64,000 bases of DNA from Bacillota bacterium. Its GTDB lineage: Bacteria; Bacillota; Clostridia; Acetivibrionales; JANLFN01. Each line of letters opens with the position of its first letter. Within the stretch, counting starts at the first letter, position 1. A model generated the notes under the pieces. That model was not told the origin of the DNA. It saw only the letters and a program-made list of their open reading frames with translations, and ran no database searches. The stretch is taken from contig JAUZPR010000004.1 in NCBI GenBank assembly GCA_030705825.1, positions 222-64,221 of the forward strand, given 5' to 3'. Positions 1-8,544 of this stretch are shown here, piece after piece. A program made the translations under genes and the position numbers.

Positions 1-2058
1 AGTGTAACAGCGGATATAAGCTGGAATGCTGGAGAGCCGGCATATGATGCAAAGACAGCAGGGGAATACACCTTCACAGGAACACTGTCAGTAGCAGGAG
101 CAAGTATACCTGACGAACTTAAGACAGTAGCAGTGAAAGTGATAGTATCCCAGGCAGTAGTAGCATCAGTTGATTCATTGGCTGATATCTCAGTAGATTA
201 TGGGACTTCTTTGGATACTGTGAAGACAAAATTACCCGGCAAAGTGGGGATTACCTTGAATAATGGTGACCTGTCACAGGCTGATATTACCTGGAATAGT
301 GATAGCACAGGATATAGTTCAACCATACCTGGAAGCTACACTTTTACAGGAACATTGTCACTTACCGGAGTAACAGTACCCGTAGACAAGATGGCAACGG
401 TAAAGGTTAATGTATCATACCCCGGAACCTACAACATAACAAAACGTGACGTAGGAGGTATTTCGGTATCTGATTTTACCATATCGCTTAATGGTGTACC
501 CCAAGCTGCGTACTTCAACGTATATTATGTTTCGGAAAAATATCTGGTGAATCCAACAAATTCACCAATAGAAATCAGTGGTAAGCTGACATCAATGTCT
601 GTCGTTTTTGGTAATACTGATAACCTGCAGGTATGGGTTTACAGTGATGCTGAGGGTGGTAACAAGATAGCAGAATTCACCTTGACAAAAGATGGCTTCC
701 TGGTATCAAATACTCCTATGACTGCAATATACTCTGTTGACTTTAATGTGACGGACGGAACTAATCCGATAGCTGGTGCTAATGTCAAATTTAACGGTAT
801 TACTAAGCAGACAGGTGCAGACGGCCATGCAATATTTATTGGTGTACTGGCTGGAAATGATAAGGCATATAGTATAACTGCTGCAGGATATTATTCAGCG
901 ACTGGTAACGTTACTGTAAGCTCGAATAGTATAGAAACTGTTGTCATGGTTCTTCTTAAGACAGATAAGCCTGTCGTTCCTGAAACTGTCAGAGCAGGCG
1001 ATAAATCAATAAGCGGAACAGCAGAAGCTGGTTCGGTAATAACTGTTGCAAGGGGAACTGATATAATTGGAACAGGTACAGCATTGTCAGACGGAAGTTT
1101 TGTAGTAACATTGAATTCAGGTGTTGTACTGAGCCAGGGAGATATATTGCTGGTAACTGCAAAATCAGCTGGCAAGCAAACTAGTGATGCACAGAGTGTA
1201 ATCGTAACGTATGGCAATTCGACTATTAGTCCGTTATCTGCTACCTTTGACAAAAGAACAGACAGTATTAACTATACTGATATAACAATAACATTAAACT
1301 TAAGCGGTAATACTATGACCGGTATAACCAATGGGGCTTATACATTGGTATCAGGCACTGACTATACAATGACTGGTAGTACTGTAAAAATACTTAAGAG
1401 TTACCTTGGTAAACTGAGTATCAGTACACAGAATATGTTATTTAGTTTCAGTGCAGGAACTTCACAAACTCTAGCAGTTTCAATAATTGATACAGATTCA
1501 ACCATAACTCCAACATCGGCATCTTTTGATCCAAGAAGCGGTAAGCCAAATAATGCCGATATAGCAGTAACAATGAACCTGAATGGAAATACTCTGACAA
1601 GTATTAAAAATGGTTCAACAACCTTGACAGGTACTCAATATACTCTGTCAGGTAATACTGTTACGATACTTAAGAGTTACTTGGCTACACTCAATGCAAA
1701 TAGTACTCAGAATCTGGTATTCAGCTTCAGTGCTGGAGCTTCACAAACTTTGACGATTACAATAACAGATATTAATTCTACAATAAGTCCTACGACTGCT
1801 ACATTTAACAAGCACAGCGGCAGAACTGGAAATAATGATATTACTGTGACTATGACTCTAAATGGCAATACTTTAACAAATATAACAAATGGTAGCTATA
1901 CACTACATTCGAATACTGATTACACTATTTCAGGAAATACTGTTACCATTAAAAAGAGCTATTTGGGTACATTTGCTGCATATTCAACCCAATATCTTAC
2001 ATTCCACTTTAGCGCAGGTGCTAACCAAACATTAACAGTAACTATAACTTATAATTAA
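1..2058 (+). CDS. Cell-surface protein, 5'-truncated by the window edge. Ig-like (Big-type) domains followed by three tandem X2-like (CBM_X2-type) modules.
   Basis: Frame 1 is open from base 1, so the ORF-track start at 133 is an internal GTG. The motif DITWN...YTFTGTLS...P..K...V.V occurs twice at the N-terminal end, as in Ig-like surface domains. The segment GDKSISGTAEAGSVITV...DGSFVV looks like a bacterial Ig domain. The C-terminus is three 93-aa modules of the form ATFDK...DITVTM.LNGNTL..I.NGS..L..GTDYT.SGNTVTI.KSYL, which resemble X2 modules. Stop at 2056-2058, followed by a terminator. Confidence 0.75.
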   Translation, partial: SVTADISWNAGEPAYDAKTAGEYTFTGTLSVAGASIPDELKTVAVKVIVSQAVVASVDSLADISVDYGTSLDTVKTKLPGKVGITLNNGDLSQADITWNSDSTGYSSTIPGSYTFTGTLSLTGVTVPVDKMATVKVNVSYPGTYNITKRDVGGISVSDFTISLNGVPQAAYFNVYYVSEKYLVNPTNSPIEISGKLTSMSVVFGNTDNLQVWVYSDAEGGNKIAEFTLTKDGFLVSNTPMTAIYSVDFNVTDGTNPIAGANVKFNGITKQTGADGHAIFIGVLAGNDKAYSITAAGYYSATGNVTVSSNSIETVVMVLLKTDKPVVPETVRAGDKSISGTAEAGSVITVARGTDIIGTGTALSDGSFVVTLNSGVVLSQGDILLVTAKSAGKQTSDAQSVIVTYGNSTISPLSATFDKRTDSINYTDITITLNLSGNTMTGITNGAYTLVSGTDYTMTGSTVKILKSYLGKLSISTQNMLFSFSAGTSQTLAVSIIDTDSTITPTSASFDPRSGKPNNADIAVTMNLNGNTLTSIKNGSTTLTGTQYTLSGNTVTILKSYLATLNANSTQNLVFSFSAGASQTLTITITDINSTISPTTATFNKHSGRTGNNDITVTMTLNGNTLTNITNGSYTLHSNTDYTISGNTVTIKKSYLGTFAAYSTQYLTFHFSAGANQTLTVTITYN
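1219..2055 (+). repeat. Three in-frame tandem coding repeats of exactly 279 nt (93 aa) each: 1219-1497, 1498-1776, 1777-2055.
   Basis: Each unit begins S-T-I-(S/T)-P and ends T(L/I)(A/T)(V/I).I(I/T)D.. or TITYN. Unit boundaries were read directly from codons (tcg 1219, tca 1498, tct 1777). Confidence 0.85.
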
Positions 2059-2067
2059 CATGACAGA

Positions 2068-2120
2068 CTGCGGGAAGCGTTAAATATGAATAACTTGCGC
2101 TTCCTGCAGTTTCTTTTTTT
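2068..2120 (+). terminator. Intrinsic terminator of the surface-protein gene.
   Basis: Stem ctgcgggaagcg (2068-2079) pairs with cgcttcctgcag (2098-2109) with one G-U pair. It is followed by tttcttttttt. Confidence 0.75.
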
Positions 2121-2154
2121 GTAGTAATTTTAATACAAACAAAGGGGGCATTTT

Positions 2155-4257
2155 ATGAGATATAGAGGATTGAAGTTTAGATTTTCAGTTTTGCTTCTTG
2201 TATTTCTTATTATCTTTTTCACACAGTCATTCGCATTCACAATCTCGGACATACCGGACAATACCATAAAACTTGGTGATGACTTTTTTGACCTAAATTC
2301 CAATGCAATGAACGACCCTGCCGGTACTATTCCAATCCAGTCTCTATTGACACCCGGAATAAACCAGAATAGGGCATACTTTAAAATAGGCGGAAACTGG
2401 TATGACTTATTCAACCTGAATGGAGACCAGACACTTACACCTGAAAATGCAATGACTGCAGACCAGGTAAATGCAATCCAGGGCTTCGGTAAATGGTATA
2501 AAGCCGGTGACGAGGTTGTTGTTTTATCAGACCGTGCAATTAAAGAAATACCAGTATTAAAAGAAATAGCATCCGATAAGGGAACCGAATACGCCTCAAT
2601 TAATTTGCCAAAGCAGGTGAAGGTGGTTCTGGATGACAACAGTACAATTGATGTCGGAGTAACATGGGATGCAGGTACTCCACTGTATAACAAGGATGTT
2701 CCGGGACGTTACCAGTTTTCAGGAACACTCGCTTCAGTTGAAGGTGTTACAAACCCAAATAATTTAAAGCCTTCAATAGAAGTAGAGGTAGTTATACCCA
2801 ATTCTGATCCTAATCCAAACACTACCATGAACACATCATCAGGAACTACACTCTTTGAGTTTGATAACCAATCAGACTGGGTGAGTTCAACATCAGCCAA
2901 TATAGAAATTGATCAGGCAAATTTTGTTTCGGGAACCGCATCCTCCGCATTATCTCCCTCGACACCTATTGCTATTTTAGATGCTACCGGGACTGCCACA
3001 AAGCAATCCTTTTTCCAGGTACAGACCAGCGGTAATATCGGAGACAAATTGAAGGACATGCAGAATATTGAATTCAATATATATGTACCTGATAAAACCA
3101 AATTTGACTATATGGTAATCAAATTTTACACCAATGATTTTCATAGCTGTTTCTATCAGAACGGAATTGGTAATTGGGAGGTTTCTAACGGCTGGAACAA
3201 GATAAGAAGGTCGGTCGGTGATTTCGAATACGTAGATAGTTCAGGAACTGCAGGTGTAAGTCAAATGTCTGCCATGAGCAGCATGAACAGTCTGGTACAA
3301 ACTTCGGACGGCATTCCGGCAGTAAATGATCTCAAGACAAGCATGCAGAAAAGTATAAGCTTATTGAATAATACCATATACAAACAAAAAGCAGGAAAGA
3401 AATCGGCTTTGTTAAGTTCTGCAGCAGCTTCCGGCAGTTCATTCTGGGGCAATATCTACAGTATGGACGTTGACATTGCTTTTACTAATCCTAATTTGCC
3501 AACTGTTAATTTTGACAAAATCGCAATTAATGTTGCCGGTAATGCCAAATTGTTATTTACATTTGATGATTCCTGGTATGATGTAAAACAATATGCAGAG
3601 CCGATATTAACAGCCAACAATTTCAAAGCTACCCTTTGGACTTATAAAGACGGTGTACTTAATGAATCGGGAACAGGACCTTTAAATATTATGAGTGTTT
3701 CAGACATAAATTCTCTTTATGCAAAGGGATGGGATGTAGGCAATCATACCGTCGACCATCCTGATGACATTACTGCACTGTCACCGGAAAATGTAATAAG
3801 TGAATATAGGGATAATCAGACATGGCTTGACCAAAATGGCTGGACCAGAGCTTCGCAGCATGTGTGCTATCCGTCAGGAAGCTACAATGAACAGGTGATA
3901 AATCTTTTGAAGAGCATAGGGGTGAAGTCTGCGAGGACAACAGAATATGGAATTCAACCTACACCGGTATTCAATATGTACCGGCTGAAAATAGTATTTA
4001 TCAGCAGGGATACACTGGTTTCCGATATTGAAAAACAAGTGGATGAAGCCGTTGCAACAGGTTCAACTATAATTTTCATGCTTCACAGGGTGGAAGACAG
4101 TCCAATTATGACAAACGATACTGAAGGTTACAATGCACTAGCTGTTTCTACAGCCAATTTCCAAGCTATTGTAAATTACGTCAAACAGCTGTCGGATGCA
4201 GGTTCCATAAGTGTAGAGACCATCAGCCAGTGGTATAACGAATACATTGGTAACTAA
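2155..4257 (+). CDS. Secreted multidomain polysaccharide deacetylase (C-terminal NodB/CE4 domain).
   Basis: RBS aaaggggg lies upstream of the ATG. The N-terminus has a hydrophobic signal-like segment (LLLVFLIIFFTQSFAF). There is an Ig-like segment (VVLDDNSTIDVGVTWDAGTPLYNKDVPGRYQFSGTL). The C-terminal domain carries the NodB motifs FTFDDSWYD, GNHTVDHPD and CYPSGSY. Confidence 0.8.
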   Translation: MRYRGLKFRFSVLLLVFLIIFFTQSFAFTISDIPDNTIKLGDDFFDLNSNAMNDPAGTIPIQSLLTPGINQNRAYFKIGGNWYDLFNLNGDQTLTPENAMTADQVNAIQGFGKWYKAGDEVVVLSDRAIKEIPVLKEIASDKGTEYASINLPKQVKVVLDDNSTIDVGVTWDAGTPLYNKDVPGRYQFSGTLASVEGVTNPNNLKPSIEVEVVIPNSDPNPNTTMNTSSGTTLFEFDNQSDWVSSTSANIEIDQANFVSGTASSALSPSTPIAILDATGTATKQSFFQVQTSGNIGDKLKDMQNIEFNIYVPDKTKFDYMVIKFYTNDFHSCFYQNGIGNWEVSNGWNKIRRSVGDFEYVDSSGTAGVSQMSAMSSMNSLVQTSDGIPAVNDLKTSMQKSISLLNNTIYKQKAGKKSALLSSAAASGSSFWGNIYSMDVDIAFTNPNLPTVNFDKIAINVAGNAKLLFTFDDSWYDVKQYAEPILTANNFKATLWTYKDGVLNESGTGPLNIMSVSDINSLYAKGWDVGNHTVDHPDDITALSPENVISEYRDNQTWLDQNGWTRASQHVCYPSGSYNEQVINLLKSIGVKSARTTEYGIQPTPVFNMYRLKIVFISRDTLVSDIEKQVDEAVATGSTIIFMLHRVEDSPIMTNDTEGYNALAVSTANFQAIVNYVKQLSDAGSISVETISQWYNEYIGN

Positions 4258-4299
4258 AACAAAAGTACGCACAAAAGTTGATAGTGATTGATGTGGGAG

Positions 4300-4322
4300 T
4301 AGCCTCTTATGGAGGCTATTTT
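4300..4322 (+). terminator. Intrinsic terminator after the deacetylase gene.
   Basis: Hairpin tagcctc-ttatg-gaggcta followed by tttt. Confidence 0.55.
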
Positions 4323-4349
4323 CATGCATTTCAGAAGTATTTTAAAGGT

Positions 4350-4385
4350 AAAAAAGAACGGCTGCAGGGAAAAGCAGCCGTTTTG
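4350..4385 (-). terminator. Intrinsic terminator closing the minus-strand pel/nucleotide-sugar operon. It could act in both directions.
   Basis: Stem aacggctgc (4357-4365) pairs with gcagccgtt (4374-4382). Read on the minus strand it is followed by tcttttttacc. An A-run and a T-run flank the stem on both sides. Confidence 0.7.
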
Positions 4386-4418
4386 TTATAAGGAAGGTAA
4401 CAATGGTTTTTATACTTG

Positions 4419-5318
4419 TTAAAACAAATCAGAGAATAGATCTTTTTTGGGTGACCATGGTGTATGGCTTATAAGTTTTGAATTATCACCATAAATATCA
4501 GATATGTCATTATTCTTTATCAAGCTGTCATCAATCTCAAAATACAGCTTCTTTCCAGCCATGTTCATCAGATTTGTTAAAATTTCCTCCATACTGAGTG
4601 ACACGGAACTGCATACATTGTAGATTTCTCCTGGATATCCGTTCATTAGAATTTGCCAATATGCTTCAACAACATCTGCAATATGTAAATAGTCTCTCTT
4701 TGGTTTTATATTGCCTACTTTTATAATATCTCCGTCCTTAGCATTGTTTATCTGTTCAATAAAATTGCCAACCGCCAATTTTCTGGAGATACCTTTTCCT
4801 ATTATATTGAAAGTTCTTGCAACATTCACATTGATTCCGAGGTTGTTAAAATAATATTGCGCAATTTCAGTTTGTATCAGCTTGGAAAAACCATATAAAT
4901 TTACAGGTGCTGCAGGGGAGGATTCTCTTACGGGTAACTGTCGGGCATTTCCGTATTCTGCTGCAGAACCGATTAAAAGTATTTTTTCTATAACTATATT
5001 ATTTTCTATAATTATTTCAAAAATATTTCGTGAGATATTTGCGTTAAGTTGATAATACTCATCAAATGATACGGCTTGGAAGGTACCTATCATATTTATC
5101 AAATAATTTGGTTTAAAGCTGACAATAATGTTTTTCAGGCTGTCTTTATCAAGAGGATTAACCTTTTCATACCATATCCATTTAAAATGGCTGTAATAGT
5201 AATCGTCCTTATCTACGCCGCAAATTGCGTATTTTTCATATAATTTATGTTTTTGGATAAAATCCTTAAAATGATAACCTGTAAAACTATTTGATCCTAG
5301 ACATAATATTTTTTTCAT
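4419..5318 (-). CDS. NAD-dependent epimerase/dehydratase/reductase (extended SDR), a nucleotide-sugar modifying enzyme.
   Basis: The preferred start is MKKILCLGSNSFTGYHF (ATG at 5318, GAGGAG 12 nt upstream), giving a Rossmann GxxxxxG N-terminus. The ORF-track start at 5402 would overlap the upstream gene by more than 100 nt. SDR-like YxxxK region (YGFSKLIQTEI). Overlaps the upstream gene by 32 nt. Confidence 0.75.
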   Translation of the reverse strand: MKKILCLGSNSFTGYHFKDFIQKHKLYEKYAICGVDKDDYYYSHFKWIWYEKVNPLDKDSLKNIIVSFKPNYLINMIGTFQAVSFDEYYQLNANISRNIFEIIIENNIVIEKILLIGSAAEYGNARQLPVRESSPAAPVNLYGFSKLIQTEIAQYYFNNLGINVNVARTFNIIGKGISRKLAVGNFIEQINNAKDGDIIKVGNIKPKRDYLHIADVVEAYWQILMNGYPGEIYNVCSSVSLSMEEILTNLMNMAGKKLYFEIDDSLIKNNDISDIYGDNSKLISHTPWSPKKDLFSDLF

Positions 5319-6018
5319 TAGGAAGGAATACTCCTCTCTTTTCTCTAAAGATGGAGGTCGCTTTGTCATAGTCATCAAACCTTCCGATATCAAGCCAATC
5401 ATAATCTCCTCTATAGCAGCCTATCTTTTTCCCATTTTGGCTTAATAGTGTTATTAAATCGGGAATATCCATCTTTAGGTTTTTAGGTATAAATTCAACA
5501 ACATTTTTATTAAAAACATAAATACCCATACTTACATCAAAATTATAAATGGGTTTTTCTATGTAATTAAGGAATTTTTCATTTTCAGATTGAATAACAC
5601 CAAGGTCTATCTTAACTTCCTTATTAAAAACCGAAATAGTAACATCATTTTCGTTTTTTAAATGAAAGTTATATAGGTCGTTGTAATCTATACTGGTTAA
5701 AAGATCCCCATTCATTACAAGGAAAGTATCTTCAAGGTTGTCAATGATAGAAATTGGTCCGGCAGTTCCAAGGGCACTTTCCTCGATTGAATACTCAATA
5801 TCGATCCCATACTTTTCACCGGTATTAAAAAAAGCTATTAAAAGATCGGCAAGATAATTAAGGGATAACACAAAATTTGTGAATCCAAAATTTTTAAGCT
5901 GTTTCAAAATAATTTCCAGTATAGGAGTATCATCAATAGGCAGTAGTGGTTTCGGAATACAGGTAGTAAACGGTTTTAACCTGACTCCTTTACCGCCCGC
6001 AAGAATTATTGCCTGCAT
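5287..6018 (-). CDS. Sugar-phosphate nucleotidyltransferase (NTP_transferase family).
   Basis: The N-terminus MQAIILAGGKGVRLKPFT..IPKPLLPI is the canonical nucleotidyltransferase signature. The size (243 aa) is typical. Confidence 0.85.
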   Translation of the reverse strand: MQAIILAGGKGVRLKPFTTCIPKPLLPIDDTPILEIILKQLKNFGFTNFVLSLNYLADLLIAFFNTGEKYGIDIEYSIEESALGTAGPISIIDNLEDTFLVMNGDLLTSIDYNDLYNFHLKNENDVTISVFNKEVKIDLGVIQSENEKFLNYIEKPIYNFDVSMGIYVFNKNVVEFIPKNLKMDIPDLITLLSQNGKKIGCYRGDYDWLDIGRFDDYDKATSIFREKRGVFLPNEKNIMSRIK

Positions 6019-6033
6019 AAAACACCCTCCATT

Positions 6034-7026
6034 TTACATATTGAATATATCAGTTTTATATCTATTAATATTATGCTGTAACCATTCAATAGTTTCTTTT
6101 AATCCGGCACTTAAAGAATATTTTGGAGTCCATTCTGTAAGAGCTCTGATCTTACTATTGGAGCCCAAAAGCCTGTTAACTTCGCTTTTATCCGGCCTTA
6201 GCCTGATATCATCAGTTATGATTCTGGCTTCTGGGTTCAATTGGCGGCTGATTTCTTCAAAAATATCTTTAACCGATATCTCCTTTTGTGAAGCTATGTT
6301 TATTTCTTCACCAATAGCTGCATCTGCTTTCGCAATTGAAATAAAACCTGCTACGGTATCTTTAACATAATTGAAATCTCTTGTTGGAGTCAGATTGCCT
6401 AGTTTTATTTCCTTTTTACCCGCTAACAGCTGTGTAATTATAGTAGGTATTACTGCTCTGGCAGACTGTCTGGGTCCATAGGTATTAAAAGGTCGTACTA
6501 TCGTTGTTGGAAGGTTATAGCTTCTGCAAAATGCTTCGGTTAGCCTGTCGGCTCCTATTTTTGAGGCTGAATAGGGGGATTGTCCCTGGTAAGGGTGTTT
6601 CTCATCAATTGGAATATATTGTGCAGTGCCGTATACTTCAGACGTTGAAGTAACAAGTACACGCTCAAGATTATAGTCTCTGGAGGCTTCCAGTATGTTT
6701 AATGTACCTTTAATATTTGTATCTACATAACTTTCCGGGGCATGGTAACTATAGGGTATTGCTATCAGTGCCGCCAGGTGAAAAATTATGTCAACTTTAT
6801 TAAATGCCTCCCTTACACAATTATGATCTCTAATATCTCCGCTGAATACCTCGATCTCCTGCAATTTGGTTTTGTCTATGGTATCAAGCCATCCCCAGGT
6901 GTTTAAAGAATTGTAATACACGAAAGCTTTTACTTTAGCACCTTCATCTATGAGTGCTTCGACCAGATGGCTTCCTATGAACCCATCTGCACCGGTTACC
7001 AAAATGTTTTTTCCGCAAAGTCTCAT
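6034..7026 (-). CDS. NAD-dependent nucleotide-sugar 4,6-dehydratase/epimerase (extended SDR).
   Basis: ILVTGADGFIGSHLVEAL (GxxGxxG), STSEVYG and YSASK (catalytic S...YxxxK), and VRPFNTYGPRQ. Confidence 0.85.
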   Translation of the reverse strand: MRLCGKNILVTGADGFIGSHLVEALIDEGAKVKAFVYYNSLNTWGWLDTIDKTKLQEIEVFSGDIRDHNCVREAFNKVDIIFHLAALIAIPYSYHAPESYVDTNIKGTLNILEASRDYNLERVLVTSTSEVYGTAQYIPIDEKHPYQGQSPYSASKIGADRLTEAFCRSYNLPTTIVRPFNTYGPRQSARAVIPTIITQLLAGKKEIKLGNLTPTRDFNYVKDTVAGFISIAKADAAIGEEINIASQKEISVKDIFEEISRQLNPEARIITDDIRLRPDKSEVNRLLGSNSKIRALTEWTPKYSLSAGLKETIEWLQHNINRYKTDIFNM

Positions 7027-7133
7027 TTGTTTTCCTCCTAAATAACTGAATAAAGATATATATTATGTATATTGTGGGTATAAAAGGAATATGTCTTTGG
7101 GGAAATTTTTATTATAGTAGAGAAAAAACATTG

Positions 7134-8522
7134 TCAATCCAAATTCGGGAACATCATAAATGCATATTTTTTGATATTTTTAAAAAATATTACTAGAAAT
7201 ACAATTGATATAATAAGAGAAAGTATTGATGCAGTCATAAAGCCTATGCATATTAAGTTTAAATGAACTAGATAAGTGATAATAGTAAGCAGTGCATTCA
7301 ATGCTAAATAAATCAAAGATATAAGAAAAGCAAAATTCCTGGCATCAAAGTAAAGTATTACTATCATTGAAACATACATTAATAATGAAGAATTCATACC
7401 TAAAGTTAATATACAAAAGGTGTAATAGGAAGGAAAGCCTGTTTCAATATTTTTGCAGATTATAAGAGGCAATGAGAGCATAATTAATGTTATAATTGTC
7501 TGTATCAAAGCCAGTTTAATATAGCAATATTTTACAGTAACTTTTAATGAATATAAATTATAATCTATTTCATCCAAAGTACCATTGTTATTTATAGATA
7601 AATAGAATGCATTGCAAGAGGTATGCAATGAGGTTTCAAATCTTATACTGAAATATACCAATCCGGGAATGAAACCCAGGACAGCAAGATAAAAAGGCAG
7701 ATCAAATCCGGTCTTAACTGTCAGGAACCCGTTAATAAAACTTCCGGTATCGGTAAATCTATAAAAGAGGGATAAAAAGTATAGGCTGAATGTATAGCAA
7801 AATCCTATAGTAATTAGGGAGGGATATTTGATAATATATCTTGTCCACTCCATAAAGTTGCCGTTTCCTTCTCCAAAAGCTTTCCTGATTTGATAAATCA
7901 GTATAATAGCGGTCAAGGCAAACCCTGAATCAAAGCTTAATAATATATAGTTCAAAGAAAATTGTGGCGGCACCTGCTTAATAAACAGCAACATCAGGAC
8001 AATAAGTATATTTCCTGCAAGAAAACCTAGAGAAATGGATTTATAATTTTTCACGGCAGATAGGTAAATGGTTTCCAAGCTTATAATACTTACTATTGAA
8101 TATAAGATTGACAGCATAATTCCATATTGGTATTTCATTCCTGCAAAAAGTATTAAGCTTATTGAAGCCGCTATGCTTAAAATAACTGCAAAAACCATGG
8201 CACCGTACAGTGATGGCATTATCTTTTGAAACTCCTTTTTGTGAAGGCAATCTGAAACATACCTTGTAAGAACCATTGAATATATGGAAGTCAGGATTGT
8301 TGATAAAATAAAGGAGTACGTTACTGTGGTTAATATCCTTTCAGAAGGAATTCCGGAGTATTTTGAAGTACCTAATATAAGTTGAATAATGAATACGGCT
8401 ACTATACACATAAACATTGGCCCATTAAGTACTATTACTGCATAGCCATAGGACTTTACCGAATGTATCAGGCCATGTTTCCTGTCAATCATATTTCTTA
8501 ATTTAAATCCGATTCCAGCCAT
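7134..8522 (-). CDS. pelG: PelG-like exopolysaccharide export/polymerisation membrane protein.
   Basis: ATG at 8522 gives MAGIGFKLRNM, the characteristic PelG N-terminus. RBS GAGGTG lies 7 nt upstream; the ORF-track TTG at 8528 is less likely. The protein is polytopic and hydrophobic throughout. It sits directly downstream of a PelF-like gene. Confidence 0.75.
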   Translation of the reverse strand: MAGIGFKLRNMIDRKHGLIHSVKSYGYAVIVLNGPMFMCIVAVFIIQLILGTSKYSGIPSERILTTVTYSFILSTILTSIYSMVLTRYVSDCLHKKEFQKIMPSLYGAMVFAVILSIAASISLILFAGMKYQYGIMLSILYSIVSIISLETIYLSAVKNYKSISLGFLAGNILIVLMLLFIKQVPPQFSLNYILLSFDSGFALTAIILIYQIRKAFGEGNGNFMEWTRYIIKYPSLITIGFCYTFSLYFLSLFYRFTDTGSFINGFLTVKTGFDLPFYLAVLGFIPGLVYFSIRFETSLHTSCNAFYLSINNNGTLDEIDYNLYSLKVTVKYCYIKLALIQTIITLIMLSLPLIICKNIETGFPSYYTFCILTLGMNSSLLMYVSMIVILYFDARNFAFLISLIYLALNALLTIITYLVHLNLICIGFMTASILSLIISIVFLVIFFKNIKKYAFMMFPNLD

Positions 8523-8544
8523 TACCAATCACCTCTTAAACTAT

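Noticed and set aside
891-4329. Minus-strand ORFs 891-1253, 2130-2693, 2709-2900, 2913-3101, 3261-3452 and 4138-4329, lying inside or across the two large plus-strand surface/deacetylase genes.
   Set aside because: They are antisense shadows of long, motif-bearing plus-strand genes. They have no RBS and a low-complexity composition typical of reverse-frame translation.
5879-6370. Plus-strand ORF of 163 aa spanning the junction of two minus-strand sugar-nucleotide genes.
   Set aside because: It is antisense to two genes with unambiguous enzyme motifs, has no RBS, and is repetitive and Ser/Ile-rich like a shadow frame. The same reasoning applies to the other short antisense ORFs in the track (for example 8884-9102, 9730-9969, 11574-12077, 12947-14335, 15313-16062, 17833-18561, 28486-29474, 38388-38780, 44295-45037, 53886-55037, 59180-59836 and 62390-63896).
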